Below are positions 11,366 to 23,710 of a stretch of DNA of 64,000 bases, one piece after another. How positions within the stretch are numbered: position 1 is the stretch's first letter; each line of letters starts with the position of its first letter. This DNA is from Bugula neritina (taxonomy: Eukaryota > Animalia > Bryozoa), in contig OZ037773.1 of assembly GCA_964035545.1 (NCBI GenBank), positions 5,671,751-5,735,750 of the forward strand, written 5' to 3'. Both the position numbers and the translations under genes were made by a program. The notes beneath the pieces were generated by a model. The model made no database searches. It was not told where the DNA came from and saw only the letters and a program-made list of their open reading frames with translations.

Positions 11366-14300
11366 TCAACCTTCTTGGTCACTGACTCCTACTGAAGTCT
11401 TAGTCCATTTTAACTGACTTTTAGTTGGCAAAGAAGGGTGGGTGAAGATACAGCCTTTATTTCTCTTGGCACAGGAAAGACCAAATCTGCAGGGCTACAA
11501 TTAAAAGATGAGTCACCATAACTGAGCTGCTAGTAAATCTCTTATAACTGCAGCAACCTTAAACATGAAATCTAAAACATCTATGTTTGGAAATTTAATG
11601 CGTAATGTCCAAATGAATAATGACCAGTTGTAAAAATGCATATAATTAATCACCATTTAAACACAAGCCATTCAACATGGCCTACAAAAACCAGTGTGTA
11701 TAGAAGCATGTTAGAAGTTGTCATCTCTTTAAATTGATTCAAACTGAGGGACATTTATCGTGATGAGCAAATAATTACCAACTGTAATTGACTTAAAACC
11801 ATGAATCATCAGTTGTAAAATACACCAGGAGAGTATAAGCCTGTCCTGGGACCTCATTGGCCAATACAAAACAGATGATAACCAATAAAGTTCATATTAA
11901 ATACTTTGCCGAATGATTCAATTTGTGGTCATAACTTACAGGAGTAAGTTACAGTACAAGAAAATAACATATAAACACACACATCATGTTTATACTATCA
12001 GTGCTTCTATCAATGGTGTAACAATATTATACTGTAAGCGTATGTCTAGAACTTCTAGGTAAAAAGAGAGGGAGACTTACCTTTGGGTGTAGATACTGGC
12101 AGTCCATATTAGAACACTTTGGGTGAAACTTGCAAACAGTTTTACCAACAGGTTTGAGCGGCAAAGGGAGAGGAGCTTTAGATAGTTGAGCTAAGACCAT
12201 TCCTGCACAAGTATATGTAGAGGGGTAAGTATATGCAGAGAGAGAAAGAGAGGTAAGTATATACAGAGAGGTAAGTATATCCAGAGAGAGAGGTAAGTAT
12301 ATGCAGAGAGTTTTATTTACAATGCACAGCTACCTACTGTTCTATCAGTTGTATGATATAGTTGCTATGACAACCTGATCAGTAAACAATTTCACTACAT
12401 TATTGAAGACAACAAATATAGCCTACTATGTGTACATTATCCCATTATGTGGGAGTCCAACCGTCTGCTATGTGCATATCTGCAGGTAATACTTCTACTA
12501 TATGAATATCTGCAGCTAATACCTGGGTTATGAACCTTGACGGAGTGTGTGAAAGGACATCTTGGCTTCGTACAGCGACCGTCAAACTTGCAAGGTGGAG
12601 CAGCAGATGCAGGGTGAGTGTACACACACTGGTCTCCAAACTTACAGTTGGGGAAATTCTTGCAGGGCGGGTGCATGAAGGGACACCGACGCCCTGCCCT
12701 GCAGTTGGGTAGGAGACGACACAGTCTACAGAGCAGACGAACATCGCATTACAAGTTCTGTCAGTTTAGTTGAGTTGCATAAATTTAAAAGCCGCAACCT
12801 TAATATTTATATTCAGAATTTAAATATAAGATACTAAGTTGAACCATCTATGAGAAAAAAAAGTACAGATGAAAAATCTATGGCAGCAATAGAGTGATAC
12901 AACATGCTGCCACAAATATATAATATTCACAGAAACTCATATATAATACAACTTAAGTCAGGTAGAGCTACATTATGACTATGTGGTGTCTGAACCAAGA
13001 TTCATGAGGAAACTAAACTAGCTAAGGCTGTGGAGATTCATGTGTCGAATCAGCCAATAGAATAGCTTGTTATATGAAATAAAACAATATTATGTTAGAC
13101 TTTTACAGTCGAGTATACCATTTTTGCTCTTAATGCATCATAATAGCCAAAATAAGTACTCAAGTGTGGTAAAGCCTCCAAGTGTTTTTTCTGTAAAATT
13201 TAGTACATAATTGAAACTAACTTTTGCATATTTTTATTTATTCTATTAACTACAAAACGTGATTGTGAAAGAATTCAGGGAATTACTCAAGGTCATGTGT
13301 AGGTCAACATAATGTAGGTCTATAATGAGTTCTTGTAATTTTTACACAAAGTGTGGATAATACTGCATGGATAATACTGCATGGATAATACTGCATGGAT
13401 AGTACTGCATGGATAGCACTATGTGCTCACACTGAACGAGAGAAAAGCTCTGAAACTCACATGTTGGACAAATTTTTCGCTTCTTCGCCAACCTTGGAGG
13501 GTGTAGAAAAGTCAAGAGAACCTCTGATCTGCAACACAGTGAGTGGGTAAGTTAATCAGTGAGTTACAGAGTGAGTGAGTTACAGAGTGAGGGAGTTACT
13601 ACTGAAATAACAAGGAGTTAAAAATGGTTTAGATTGATAAGCTTCAATTCTGAATTAAAAAATATATTGAAAAAACTAAGTTTCTAGTTTCAGTAGCTAC
13701 AACACTTAGTAAATGCCCAAGTGAAGATATCTATGTAATTTGTTGCATAGCTTGATTCACTATGTCTAGTAATGATTATCATTTTAAACAATTTTCACGG
13801 CATGATCAAAGAGGACAACTCCATATTATAACTAAAAAATGGTTGACAAGATTTAGCTACCACTACTTTCAATATGATAATAAACTAGCTATAACAGAGC
13901 TGTAAGAAAAAAACTTTGTATTTAAAAGCAAAAACCATTAAATTTATATGAAGGGAACATGTATGTCTCTGGATTATACAAGAAAATAAAGCCAATTGAA
14001 ATTGGAACACGCAACGTTTACATATTTCAGTTCCATTATCATCTATATATAAAACTGTCTTTACTTCTGATAAAACATTCTTAGTAAAACAACAAATGAA
14101 AGCTTTAGATTTCAAACCCTTCAGAAGTACCTCTGCTTTCATATCTGCTAGATCAGAGTCCAGCGTGTCATCCAGTAGATCTATGTCATCGTCATCATCC
14201 AGGCTCTTTTGTGGGAGGAGCTTAGACATATCCGCAACTCCGTCCAGTGTGACCACAAACTTGGGACTTGACACACTAAGGATAATTATAATATATATTC

Positions 14301-17300
14301 ATAAGGCTATATAATATCACTCAAACCGCTACCCGAACAGGACAAAGTGGAGATAGGTGAGAATATCACTTTAAGGAGGCAAGACAACTCCTAACTGATA
14401 TTCTAGTTTGCGAACTAACAGGAATAGAGTTACCTACCTTTCATCCACTATTTCACGTTTCTCAAAATTTATTCTCTCACTGATTGGTCGTCTCTCACCC
14501 GCCGAATATTTCCTTTTCAAGTCTATGCTCTGCACATCCTGTTTGCCTCGCATTCGTTTCCTTTCTTGAACTTGCCTCAGCATCTCCAGCAAATCCTCCT
14601 CTACAACACAACTAGTCACTGTGATACACACTCCATAGACACAGTTGACTGTATGACTCATTTTTAGAAGTCTTCTGCAGATCTTATATACCAGAAAATT
14701 TAAATATGATTGAATTTTTCTCTTTCAAAAGTAAAATGCATCAATTATATGCCAGCACTTCAGTGAGTGAAATATGAGTATATATCAATCAGTGTTAAGT
14801 TTGAGTGATTTATGGAGTCAGCTAGTAAGTGAGTTACTGAGTCCAGTTAGTGAGAGAGTTAGTAAGTGAGTTACTGAGTCCAGTTAGTGAGTCCAGTAAG
14901 TGCGAGAGTTAGTAAGTGAGTTACTGAGTCCAGTTAGTGAGTCCAGTTAGTGAGAGAGTTAGTAAGTGAGTTACTGAGTCCAGTTAGTGAGTAAGATAGT
15001 GAGAGAGTTAGTAAGTGAGTTACTGAGTCCAGTTAGTGAGAGATTTAGTAAGTGAGTTACTGAGTCCAGTTAGTGAGAGAGTTAGTGAGAGAGTTACTCC
15101 TATCTACAACAACTCATCTCTCTACAGTAGAGACTGGCACACTCTGCACACACTATAGAACAGCATCCTGGGCCGTCAAGTAGAACCACATACCGTCAAA
15201 CTCCTCAACAGAGTCCAGTTTTGACCTGCTGCGAGACCTTGACCTAGATCTGCTCCTCGACTTGGACCGAGAGAACCGCCGTTTATGATCAGGTGACCGC
15301 CCCATCCTCACATCTGTCAATAGTAGATATATAAACTAAGTCTAAAGTCAACTGTCTATAAACAGGCAGAAAATAGTAAAGAAATGCTCATAGAATGTGG
15401 AAAGCACTGGCGGGTGTGAAATTTTTCAACATAATTAGTATGAATAACCATCAATGAACAAAAACTCTCAAGATTTAGAGATATTTTGGTTTTTTTTCAG
15501 TAATCAGTTACCTACATGTTTAGAGATAATTTAAAGTTCAAACAAGAGTATATTAGTTGAGAGATCTACAATATCTAACCTAGACTACAGAACTGTACAC
15601 TGAGTAACAGTAATATTCCACACTATATCAGGATTGTGAATAAACCTGCTGGAACTAATACAATTACAGCAGATTATGAACTTGAAAACCACCCAGTAGC
15701 TGGTTGGTGTGACAAGTTTGTTGCTACATACTCCAATAACATGTACATATGACATCACCAGGCTACAGGATATGACATCACCAGACTACCAGACATGACA
15801 TCACCAGACTACAGGATATGACATCACCAGACTACAGGATATGACATTATCAGACTACAGGATATGACATCACCAGACTACCAGACATGACACATCAGAC
15901 TACCAGATATGACATCATGAGATTACCAGATATGACATCATTAGATTATCAGACATGACATCATCAGACCACCAGCCTATACTGATATTCTCTACTCACC
16001 ATCCCCAGAGCGTCTGCCTAGCCTCTCTCTAGCCGATACACCGACACGGACTTTAGCAGAGGTCCTCTTCGTAGATTGTGATTTAACTGCGGGAAAAGCA
16101 TTCTTCTCTTCAATTTGTACTACATCTGAAAATAAAGAGTTAAAGCTGTTATACCAAATTTTGGCCAACTAACACTATTTCAATGACCAAACGTGTTCAC
16201 AGCAGGGATGTATTTACATACAGTATAGTAACTCTGGATCGCAGCATGTGAAGGGAAAAACCAAAATACAGAATTTTGAAAACTCATTTTACAAATATGG
16301 TTGGTTTTGAAGACCTAAACACTAAAAAGAAGCACACAATTTTAACTATTACAGAAAATAAGTTATATTATTCTGCTATCTTATAAAACACCCAAAAAAG
16401 CGTGACAATTGGAACTTTTTTAAGTGTGTGTTGTCAATCTGTAACTCTTGATTGCATCAGCCTGAGTTGGACTAACAAGTTGAGTGCGAACGACTTTTCA
16501 GCCAATCATCAGAAAGCTAGAAAAGAAATTTTTTGGAAGAGAAGTTAATGAGATGATCAAATCAATGAATAACTAAGAACTGACCTAAACTGGGGGCACC
16601 AAGTGACTTAGTGACATCCGCCATTGCTCTCAGCAGGAGCTTTTTATTAGCCTGTAGAGCCTCGGGTATGCTGCTTTTCCTCTTAGAGACTTGTATGATG
16701 CTAGCAACCGAGCCAATCTATAGACAAATTATTAGAACACAGGCTATACATATCACAGAGAGAAAAGCTCCAAGTCTACGTATATAAAGTGTGGATATTT
16801 TAACTAAAGATACAGCAATACCGGGTGTGTATAAACCTGATATTTATCTGAATGTAAAGTAAAGCATAGAAACCTGAGGTTCGTCTGGGTTGTACTCATC
16901 CTCACTGCTATCAGACACCATCTCCACTCTGGGCACTACGGAGCCAATCTGTGACACCAACCCACCAGCTGCAACTGGAGATCTTTCCCTGGATCTCTCT
17001 CGCGACTCACGGCCTTTATTTTCCTGCCTAGTGTCATAGTAGCATAATACTAGATATGAAAGATCTTTGACGGTCAAAGAGAAGTGTAACACATTCTAGT
17101 TAGCTGCTTTTAAAGGCCAACATAGTTTATCAAACCATACGAGCACACAGCACTAGGTATGAGTAAGTCGTGGCAAAGTGTTGGGTGTACAATTCACTTC
17201 TAACATCATATGATTGTCTTTACTTGAAATTTAAAGCAGTTCTGTGCTTTGCAAATGAAATGAAAAGGCAAAGCTTACCATATGGGTCTTCGGGGTCTGT

Positions 17301-20300
17301 CCCGGTCATCGTACCTCCCTCTACCATATCTGTCATTCCGTCTGCCCAGGTCACGTGACCTGTAATCATCACGACGATTTGATGATCTGTAGTCATCCCT
17401 CCTATCTGAGTCTCTCGACCTGTGCTCATCTCTTCTGTCTACGTACTCTCTATGTCGGGGGTGTTCTCTGCCCTCCCTTACATCAGGTCTGTTCCCTAGT
17501 CTAGAACTGGCAGTTGGTCGGACTGGAGCAGCTCTACAACATAATAACGTATAGTAATACTAGCAACGTCTTCATGTAACACATTCTGTAAACATCTAAC
17601 TAATGGAACCCCATAAAGTCAACACAAACACAGATCTACTTAGTAATAGTGGTAATATGCAGCTTAACCATACAACACAAGTTTTATAGATGCAGCTTTA
17701 AATATTAAACTTATGTTACAGTAACTATAAATACTCACACATGTTTATAGTCGCTATCCCTGTGAGAAAACCCCTGATGAAAGGAATTTTTAGTTAAATC
17801 GGGCTAAGGACTTATTCAGATGAGGCACAGGAGCAATTATGACTGGATGCTCTTCCTAACATCACCAATGGCCTTTGTCCGGGTTTGAACCAGCGACTCC
17901 GTGATTACTAGGCACACGCTCTAACCCCTAGACCACAGCCGCTCCTTTATTCTTATATTTTATAGTAACTATACTCTGAATAAAGGTTCAGCACCAGTTA
18001 GTAGAGCTGAGACTAACTGACCTATCAGGAGTCCTCCTTCTGTGGACAGGGCTCTGGCTACGACGCCCGTTAGAAGTACTCTGTGTAGCCTGTGCACCAG
18101 TAGAGCTAGAGGGAACTTGGGGAGTAGTGGAGGTGGTGCGAGGAGAAGGTTGAACAGCAGCTTTAGGAATCATAGATTCACTGTCTCCCCTTCAACAAGA
18201 AGTGAACTCAGTCAATGTGAGAGTTAAGTTATCACGTATGTTGACCTACTATTTCTTTCCGTGAAAAAGACGTTTTCCGTAAAGAAATTAATTTATTATA
18301 TTTTGGATGCAATGAGTTATTCTAATAAAAATGTTTTCAACTTTTTGGAAAATAAATTGGAAGATAATTTCACGTATGCTTTTCAGTTTAAAGAAACTCT
18401 TAGCCTTCACAAATGGCGGACAATGAGCAAACAGGCAACTGGCCATTAACTCACGATCAAACCTCACCGACTTTCATGCAGCTATTGAGAATAAAACGCA
18501 CATTACCATAGGCCAATCAACACTAATTAAAAATAATAACACATGATAATTGCTCAAGCTATGACACCACCTCGTGGAAATCATTCGTTTTCTCTCTGCC
18601 AAAAGATCCCGGGTCATCGCCTTCTCTGTTCTCCCTTCGGATGTCTTAACTGAAGATTTACTGGTTTGCTGAGTGCCTTTGGTTGTTAGTGGAGTGGAGG
18701 TTGCAGGTCTCTCCGTAACTGGGTGACGGGTCAGCGACTCATAGTCGTCATCGTCATCAAATGTGATCTCGTCTGTGAACAAAACAGTGACGTCACCGAA
18801 TAGCAGCAGTAAACAATGATGTCACCAAATAGCAACAAGCAACCATGTCACCGAAAAGCAATAAACAACACATTTTAGACAATGGAACTCTATGGAAATA
18901 TGACAGACCAGTTTTTAAGCAACTAACATGAAAAGGGAAACAGCTAGATGCTAACTGACTTAGCCAGCAATGACCAGAAGTGCACTCTGAGTTGCTGCGC
19001 TTGGAAATTGAACACAACATTACAGGTATAATTTCCTTCAACAAACATAACAAAATATTAACATCTCCTGCCACTAGCACTTTCCATATAAATAGAGAGT
19101 TAGAGATCCTCCCCCCCCCCCCCCTGTATAGATTAAATAGATTTTATGTCGGAAGTTAAGAGTAGCATTCGAATACATGATGTGACATTAAATAATGCAT
19201 TTTCGGATACGTAGAACAGAATGTGAAAATATTATGTTGTTTAAAATTGATAAGTCGAAGATTTACTACAAGAAAGTGTTAAAGGCTGAAGACCTGAAAG
19301 GTAAAGAAAACTTTAATAGCTAGAAAACTTTCATATAAAGGCTAATAGTTGCTTCTATCTGTTCATTTGGTGCTGTATACCAACCATCTGGTGCGTGAAG
19401 GGTCAACATGGCCGCATCTGTAGTTGCCTCCTCTTTACTCTCAATATCTACAGGAGCTGCTTTAACTGATTGTTGTGGTGTAACTTCGGTTGTATTGGTT
19501 GGGGTTGGTGTCTTTTTGGGTTCTGCTTTTATAGCCGACTGGGCGATTGATTGAAGTTTGGTAAGCAAACCATCCAACCTAAACAAAATGCCTTAATAAA
19601 GAACCATGGGTTATGCAATATAAACCAATCATACAATTATGGTGCTGACAACTCCATCACTAAACAAACTACTTATTAATCTCTGGCTAACACAAGAAAC
19701 TAGATAGTGTACCACGTTAATTAGATGAAATACAACATTTTGGGTATTTAGAAATTTAACAAAAATTGATTTGCAAACTAATTATATAGGTCATGTTAAA
19801 AACATTACTAGAACCTCTCAAAGCATCTCTCAGCCTAGCAGCTGTCAGATTTATCTCCCACACCCAAGCATTATGTTTTCATTTGAGCCAAAGTTCACAT
19901 AACATTTCACCCAAGAAACAGCAAAACTGTTGACCAATGATATCCACACAACTTTCTACAGCTCACACTGTACAGAATACTTTGTGTTACCATTTAGTAA
20001 AGGGCTCAGCGGTCTCCCCTAGGAACAGTTCTAGGTCACTGGCCATCTGCTCAACATCCTTCTTGTTGGCTATCATAACCATTATATAGTCTGGCAGCTC
20101 ATCGTCTGCATAATACAAGTGACACGTCTGCATAATACAAGTGATACGTCTGCATAATATAAGTGATACGTCTGCATAATACAAGTGATACGTCTGCATA
20201 ATACAAGTGATATGTCTGCATAACACAAGTAATACATTTGCACATAACACAGATAGAACAAAAAATAGTTCCAGAGAGTAGAGACAGGCAACCAGATACC

Positions 20301-21720
20301 ATGACACAATGAATATTTCAATACTGATTACAGATACAGTAGTACAACCAAACTTTGGGTATTGAGAAAAAGGAAAGTAAATAACAAAAAAAACTCTGCA
20401 GCTGTCAGACGGTAAAGTTGGCTATCAATTAAAGAAGCATTACAGATCTGCAAGAGAACTTATGTTGCAGCTAATTACTACATTGAGAAAAGCAGAAAAA
20501 ACTGCTCAAACACATAAACATAGAAAGAATCCCTGTTGGGTATACTATTAAGCAGAGTGTAATAAAATATCATAAGAGAAATTATCGTTGAATCATTTAT
20601 ACGACTATAGATAGATGTAAGAAAATATCACTTAGAAGTACAGCAATTGTAAACACATCATTGTTTAAACTCCAATCTCCAGACCCCCCCCCCCCAACCA
20701 GTGCTCACCGACTTGGTGCTGCTTCAAGCAATTTTCAATGTATGAAAATGATTTCAACCAAGCCTGGCCTGAGAGCTACAAACACACACTAAAACTACGA
20801 AAAATATAAACAACACTCATACGACACTCCTCTATGTATACTATATAGTGTTACTTACCTATATAGCTGCCTAGCTCAGTTAGCTTGGCTTTAATTGCTT
20901 TCTACAAAATAACACTACAAGTTGATGTGGGATACTTTAAAGTGTGTGAGATACTTTAAAGTATTCACACTTGTTGAAAGATTGTGAGTAAGCAAATGTG
21001 TATAGATTAGCAGCTATTATTAAATTAAAAATAAGAGAAGTGATATCAGAGAAAAATTAATGTTACTTTCCGAAAATTCCTAATCATCTATTAATCATTT
21101 ATAAAAAGCTAAAGAAATCATGATTTCATAAAAGAAACTTATATTAATGAAGATCTAAATCAATAATAGAAAGAAACTTGATAATTAGTTATTGGATAAA
21201 AGTGTCATGATATATTAGCATATGAATGTTTGTGAGTGGTGTTATTGATTAGACAAGTACTTGCTACTGTCAGTGAAGGCCTTGGATTTAGATTATCTAT
21301 GCTTGCTTTGAATATGCATAGTTGCTAATACTAATAGTAATAGTAGTAGTATTATTAATGACATTGGTAGTAGTATTAGTATTAGTCATGGTAGCAGTAG
21401 TAGTGGACTATATTTAGTTTTACTATGACTATTAGTATTAGCATTATATCTAGTTTTACTGCATAACCTAAACTATGACTATGACTGTCAAGTATCACAA
21501 TCACCTTACAACTGTAACACTAACTGTAAGTGTTAGTGTATGACTCAATCACCACCAATCAAGCTCAAAGGCAACATGAACATACAGTGAATGTCGGCAT
21601 CATAACCTTCAGTGATCTTCAGAGTAATTTATCATGAAAAATACAATGTTAATATAAACAAATAAAATATGTTGTATTTTAATTTACCCGTATTTTTTCA
21701 CTTATTTCTTCTTGATCCAT
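11366..21720 (-). CDS. ZC3H14: Zinc finger CCCH domain-containing protein 14 (Nab2/MSUT2, nuclear poly(A)-binding)
   Basis: ~17 exons from ATG 21720 to TGA 11366-11368. N-term PWI-like MDQEEISEKIR|KAIKAKLTELGSYI|DDELPDYIMVMIANKKDVEQMASDLELFLG...FTKW|LDGLL; family motifs QANKKLLLRAM and PKFVVTLDG; RS-rich segment; five CCCH fingers (CRLLPNCRAGRRCPFMH, CKNFPNCKFGDQCVYTH, CKFDGRCTKPRCPFTH, CKFHPKCSNMDCQYLH, CRFGLSCAKRNKGCIFTH). Confidence 0.93.
12208..12310. repeat. Degenerate tandem repeat GAGAGGTAAGTATATRCA beside a ZC3H14 acceptor
   Basis: About 5 copies with a variable (GA)n spacer. Confidence 0.75.
13353..13420. repeat. 14-bp minisatellite TGGATAATACTGCA
   Basis: About 5 copies, ~40 bp from a ZC3H14 donor. 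Confidence 0.85.
14815..15097. repeat. Minisatellite GAGAGTTAGTAAGTGAGTTACTGAGTCCAGTTAGT in a ZC3H14 intron
   Basis: About 6 copies with internal sub-repeats; the transcribed strand is rich in ACTAAC. Confidence 0.9.
15748..15975. repeat. ~23-bp minisatellite ATGACATCACCAGACTACAGGAT
   Basis: About 10 copies, starting ~25 bp from a ZC3H14 donor. Confidence 0.9.
17760..17945 (-). mobile_element. tRNA-derived SINE, copy 2 (most complete)
   Basis: Minus strand GGAGCGGCTGTGGTCTAGGGGTTAGAGCGTGTGCCTAGTAATCACGGAGTCGCTGGTTCAAACCC: A box, CTAGTAA anticodon-loop-like segment (Thr-AGT-like), B box GGTTCAAACC, then the shared body. Confidence 0.85.
20103..20240 (-). repeat. 22-bp tandem repeat duplicating the ZC3H14 exon 3 acceptor (6 copies)
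   Basis: Minus-strand unit TATCACTTGTATTATGCAG|ACG; GTCTGCA on + at 20104, 20126, 20148, 20170, 20192 and 20214. Confidence 0.9.
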
Positions 21721-23710
21721 ATCTTCAACTTCAAGCATACACTTACAGTTTTCCGTTTCGTTCCTTGGAGTAGTAATTGCAATCTAAAAATAGAATTGAT
21801 ATAAAATTCAATATTGATATTAATATTATCACTTCAATTTTAAGTTAGTATTTTATAATTTACTCTCAATCTTACTCTTATAGCTATTCTTGGAGCTTGT
21901 TAGTTCTCAAACTAAATTATAATGATAATCATGATCATAATTATAATCATAATGGTTTTGCTTCATGAAGTGAATGTGATGAACCAGAACTTGACACATA
22001 AGTGATAAGACATGAAGAATAAGTTAATAATTTTGGCTAATTTACGGATTTGTAGTAACTTAGTCAAAATACCATAACTATAACATTTAACTTTAATATT
22101 AAATTATAATTATAGTGTTAGTAGTAGTACAAGTAAAGCCTTTTTAAGTTTCAACAGAGCCTACACCCTTCAGAATAAAATAATATAGACGAAGAAACGG
22201 TATTTCCAATATATACCTTTTCTTTCAAAGTTCATTAGCCTGTAATCTTTTATTTTTAAGGGGCTACTCCCAATGAACTCAATTAATATTATCTTTTCCA
22301 GCTCAGTGGCTACTCCTATCGTTTGCTCTAGCCTGATAGCGCTAAAATAAAAGCTGTTTTCAGTTACTCTATATGCAGCACCAAGATGGGGGCGATTGAG
22401 TGTAGTAGTTCAGAGTTGGGGCAAATTGATACTTCCATCTCAAAACTCGTGAACTGTGGCACGTAGTCACTTCTAATTTGATCAAAGCTACTTATGAAAT
22501 AATTCTTTTTTGCAAATGTTATGTAGTTAAATCAATTATGCTGCAATTCAAACTTGTGTAGAAGGATGATTCCTGCTTATGTTAGAATAGGAATTATTGA
22601 ACCACCTTCTCAATCACACTAGGTTGAAATAAAAAGCCTAAAGTTAATATATTATTTTATTCCATAACACAAAAATATTTCATTTTATCTTTCTTAAATC
22701 TCTCGATACAGGTAAAAAATTATAATTTACTTTTATTTTGAAGCCGCCTAGAAAAAATTGATTTCAACACCCTGAAATATCTGTTTATTTACAAGAATAG
22801 CTTAATTGAGGTCTCTAGTTTTGAGATGTGATGTTTCATACAATAGCCAAAACATAAAGTTATGTGATATGCCTTTTCACAATCTTGGTTTCATTTAAGA
22901 GGCAGTCTCACCAATATAACGGTATAATACCTAGAAGCAATAGATAAAAATATATTGTCATGTTGTCAACAAAAAACTGTATCTACTGTTTATAACACTT
23001 GACAATTTTCCCATGAGGTTGCACATAAACTATTGAGATATAATTGAAAAAACTATCAATTTTTTATTAGAATATTGATAAAACATAATTTTAACTCTTC
23101 TATTAAAAGTGAAACAAAATACACTAAGAAATACAAGAAGCTTGCGTAAATTCAAGATACTTTTGAGCATTACCTTATACAATTCAAATAACACACACAC
23201 ACATATATATATATAGACATATATATATAGACATATATATTTATTATATGATTAAATATAATCATAACATATTCAAAACAAAGAACAGAGGTCTACCTAC
23301 AATATAAAAGTAAAAAAGGGAATAGAGTAAAATATTTCCACCTTTAAGAGTAAGATAACTCTTAGTTATGAATTAGACACAATAGGCAACATTTCATTGG
23401 GTAATTGATAAAGGGAGGCAATTGGCAAAGAGATTCCATGTTTCAGAAAAAAACACAAAAATTTCAGCAAAAAGACACAATCACAAAATATTAGTGTATA
23501 TGTTTACCAAAAATTAACTTTATAATAACTATAACAAGAGTATTGGCAGACATTCACATATAATAAAATTCCACGTATGAGTATAATTATATTAATGCAC
23601 TGCTAAATTGTCAACTCAAAATTCCTTTCAAGTAACTGGTGATGTCACCAACATGAGTTGATGATAGAAAGCTGTGATGTCATAAGGGCATGTTGTAATT
23701 ATGGTATGAC

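Noticed and set aside
17870-17945. Possible tRNA-Thr gene
   Set aside because: Stems do not pair properly and it is fused to a body repeated elsewhere, so it is a SINE head
14815-20240. CRISPR-like arrays
   Set aside because: Contiguous tandem repeats without unique spacers, eukaryotic intronic context, no cas genes
22260-22830. Possible Tc1-like MITE (12-bp inverted match CATCTCAAAACT / AGTTTTGAGATG)
   Set aside because: No definable termini or TSD
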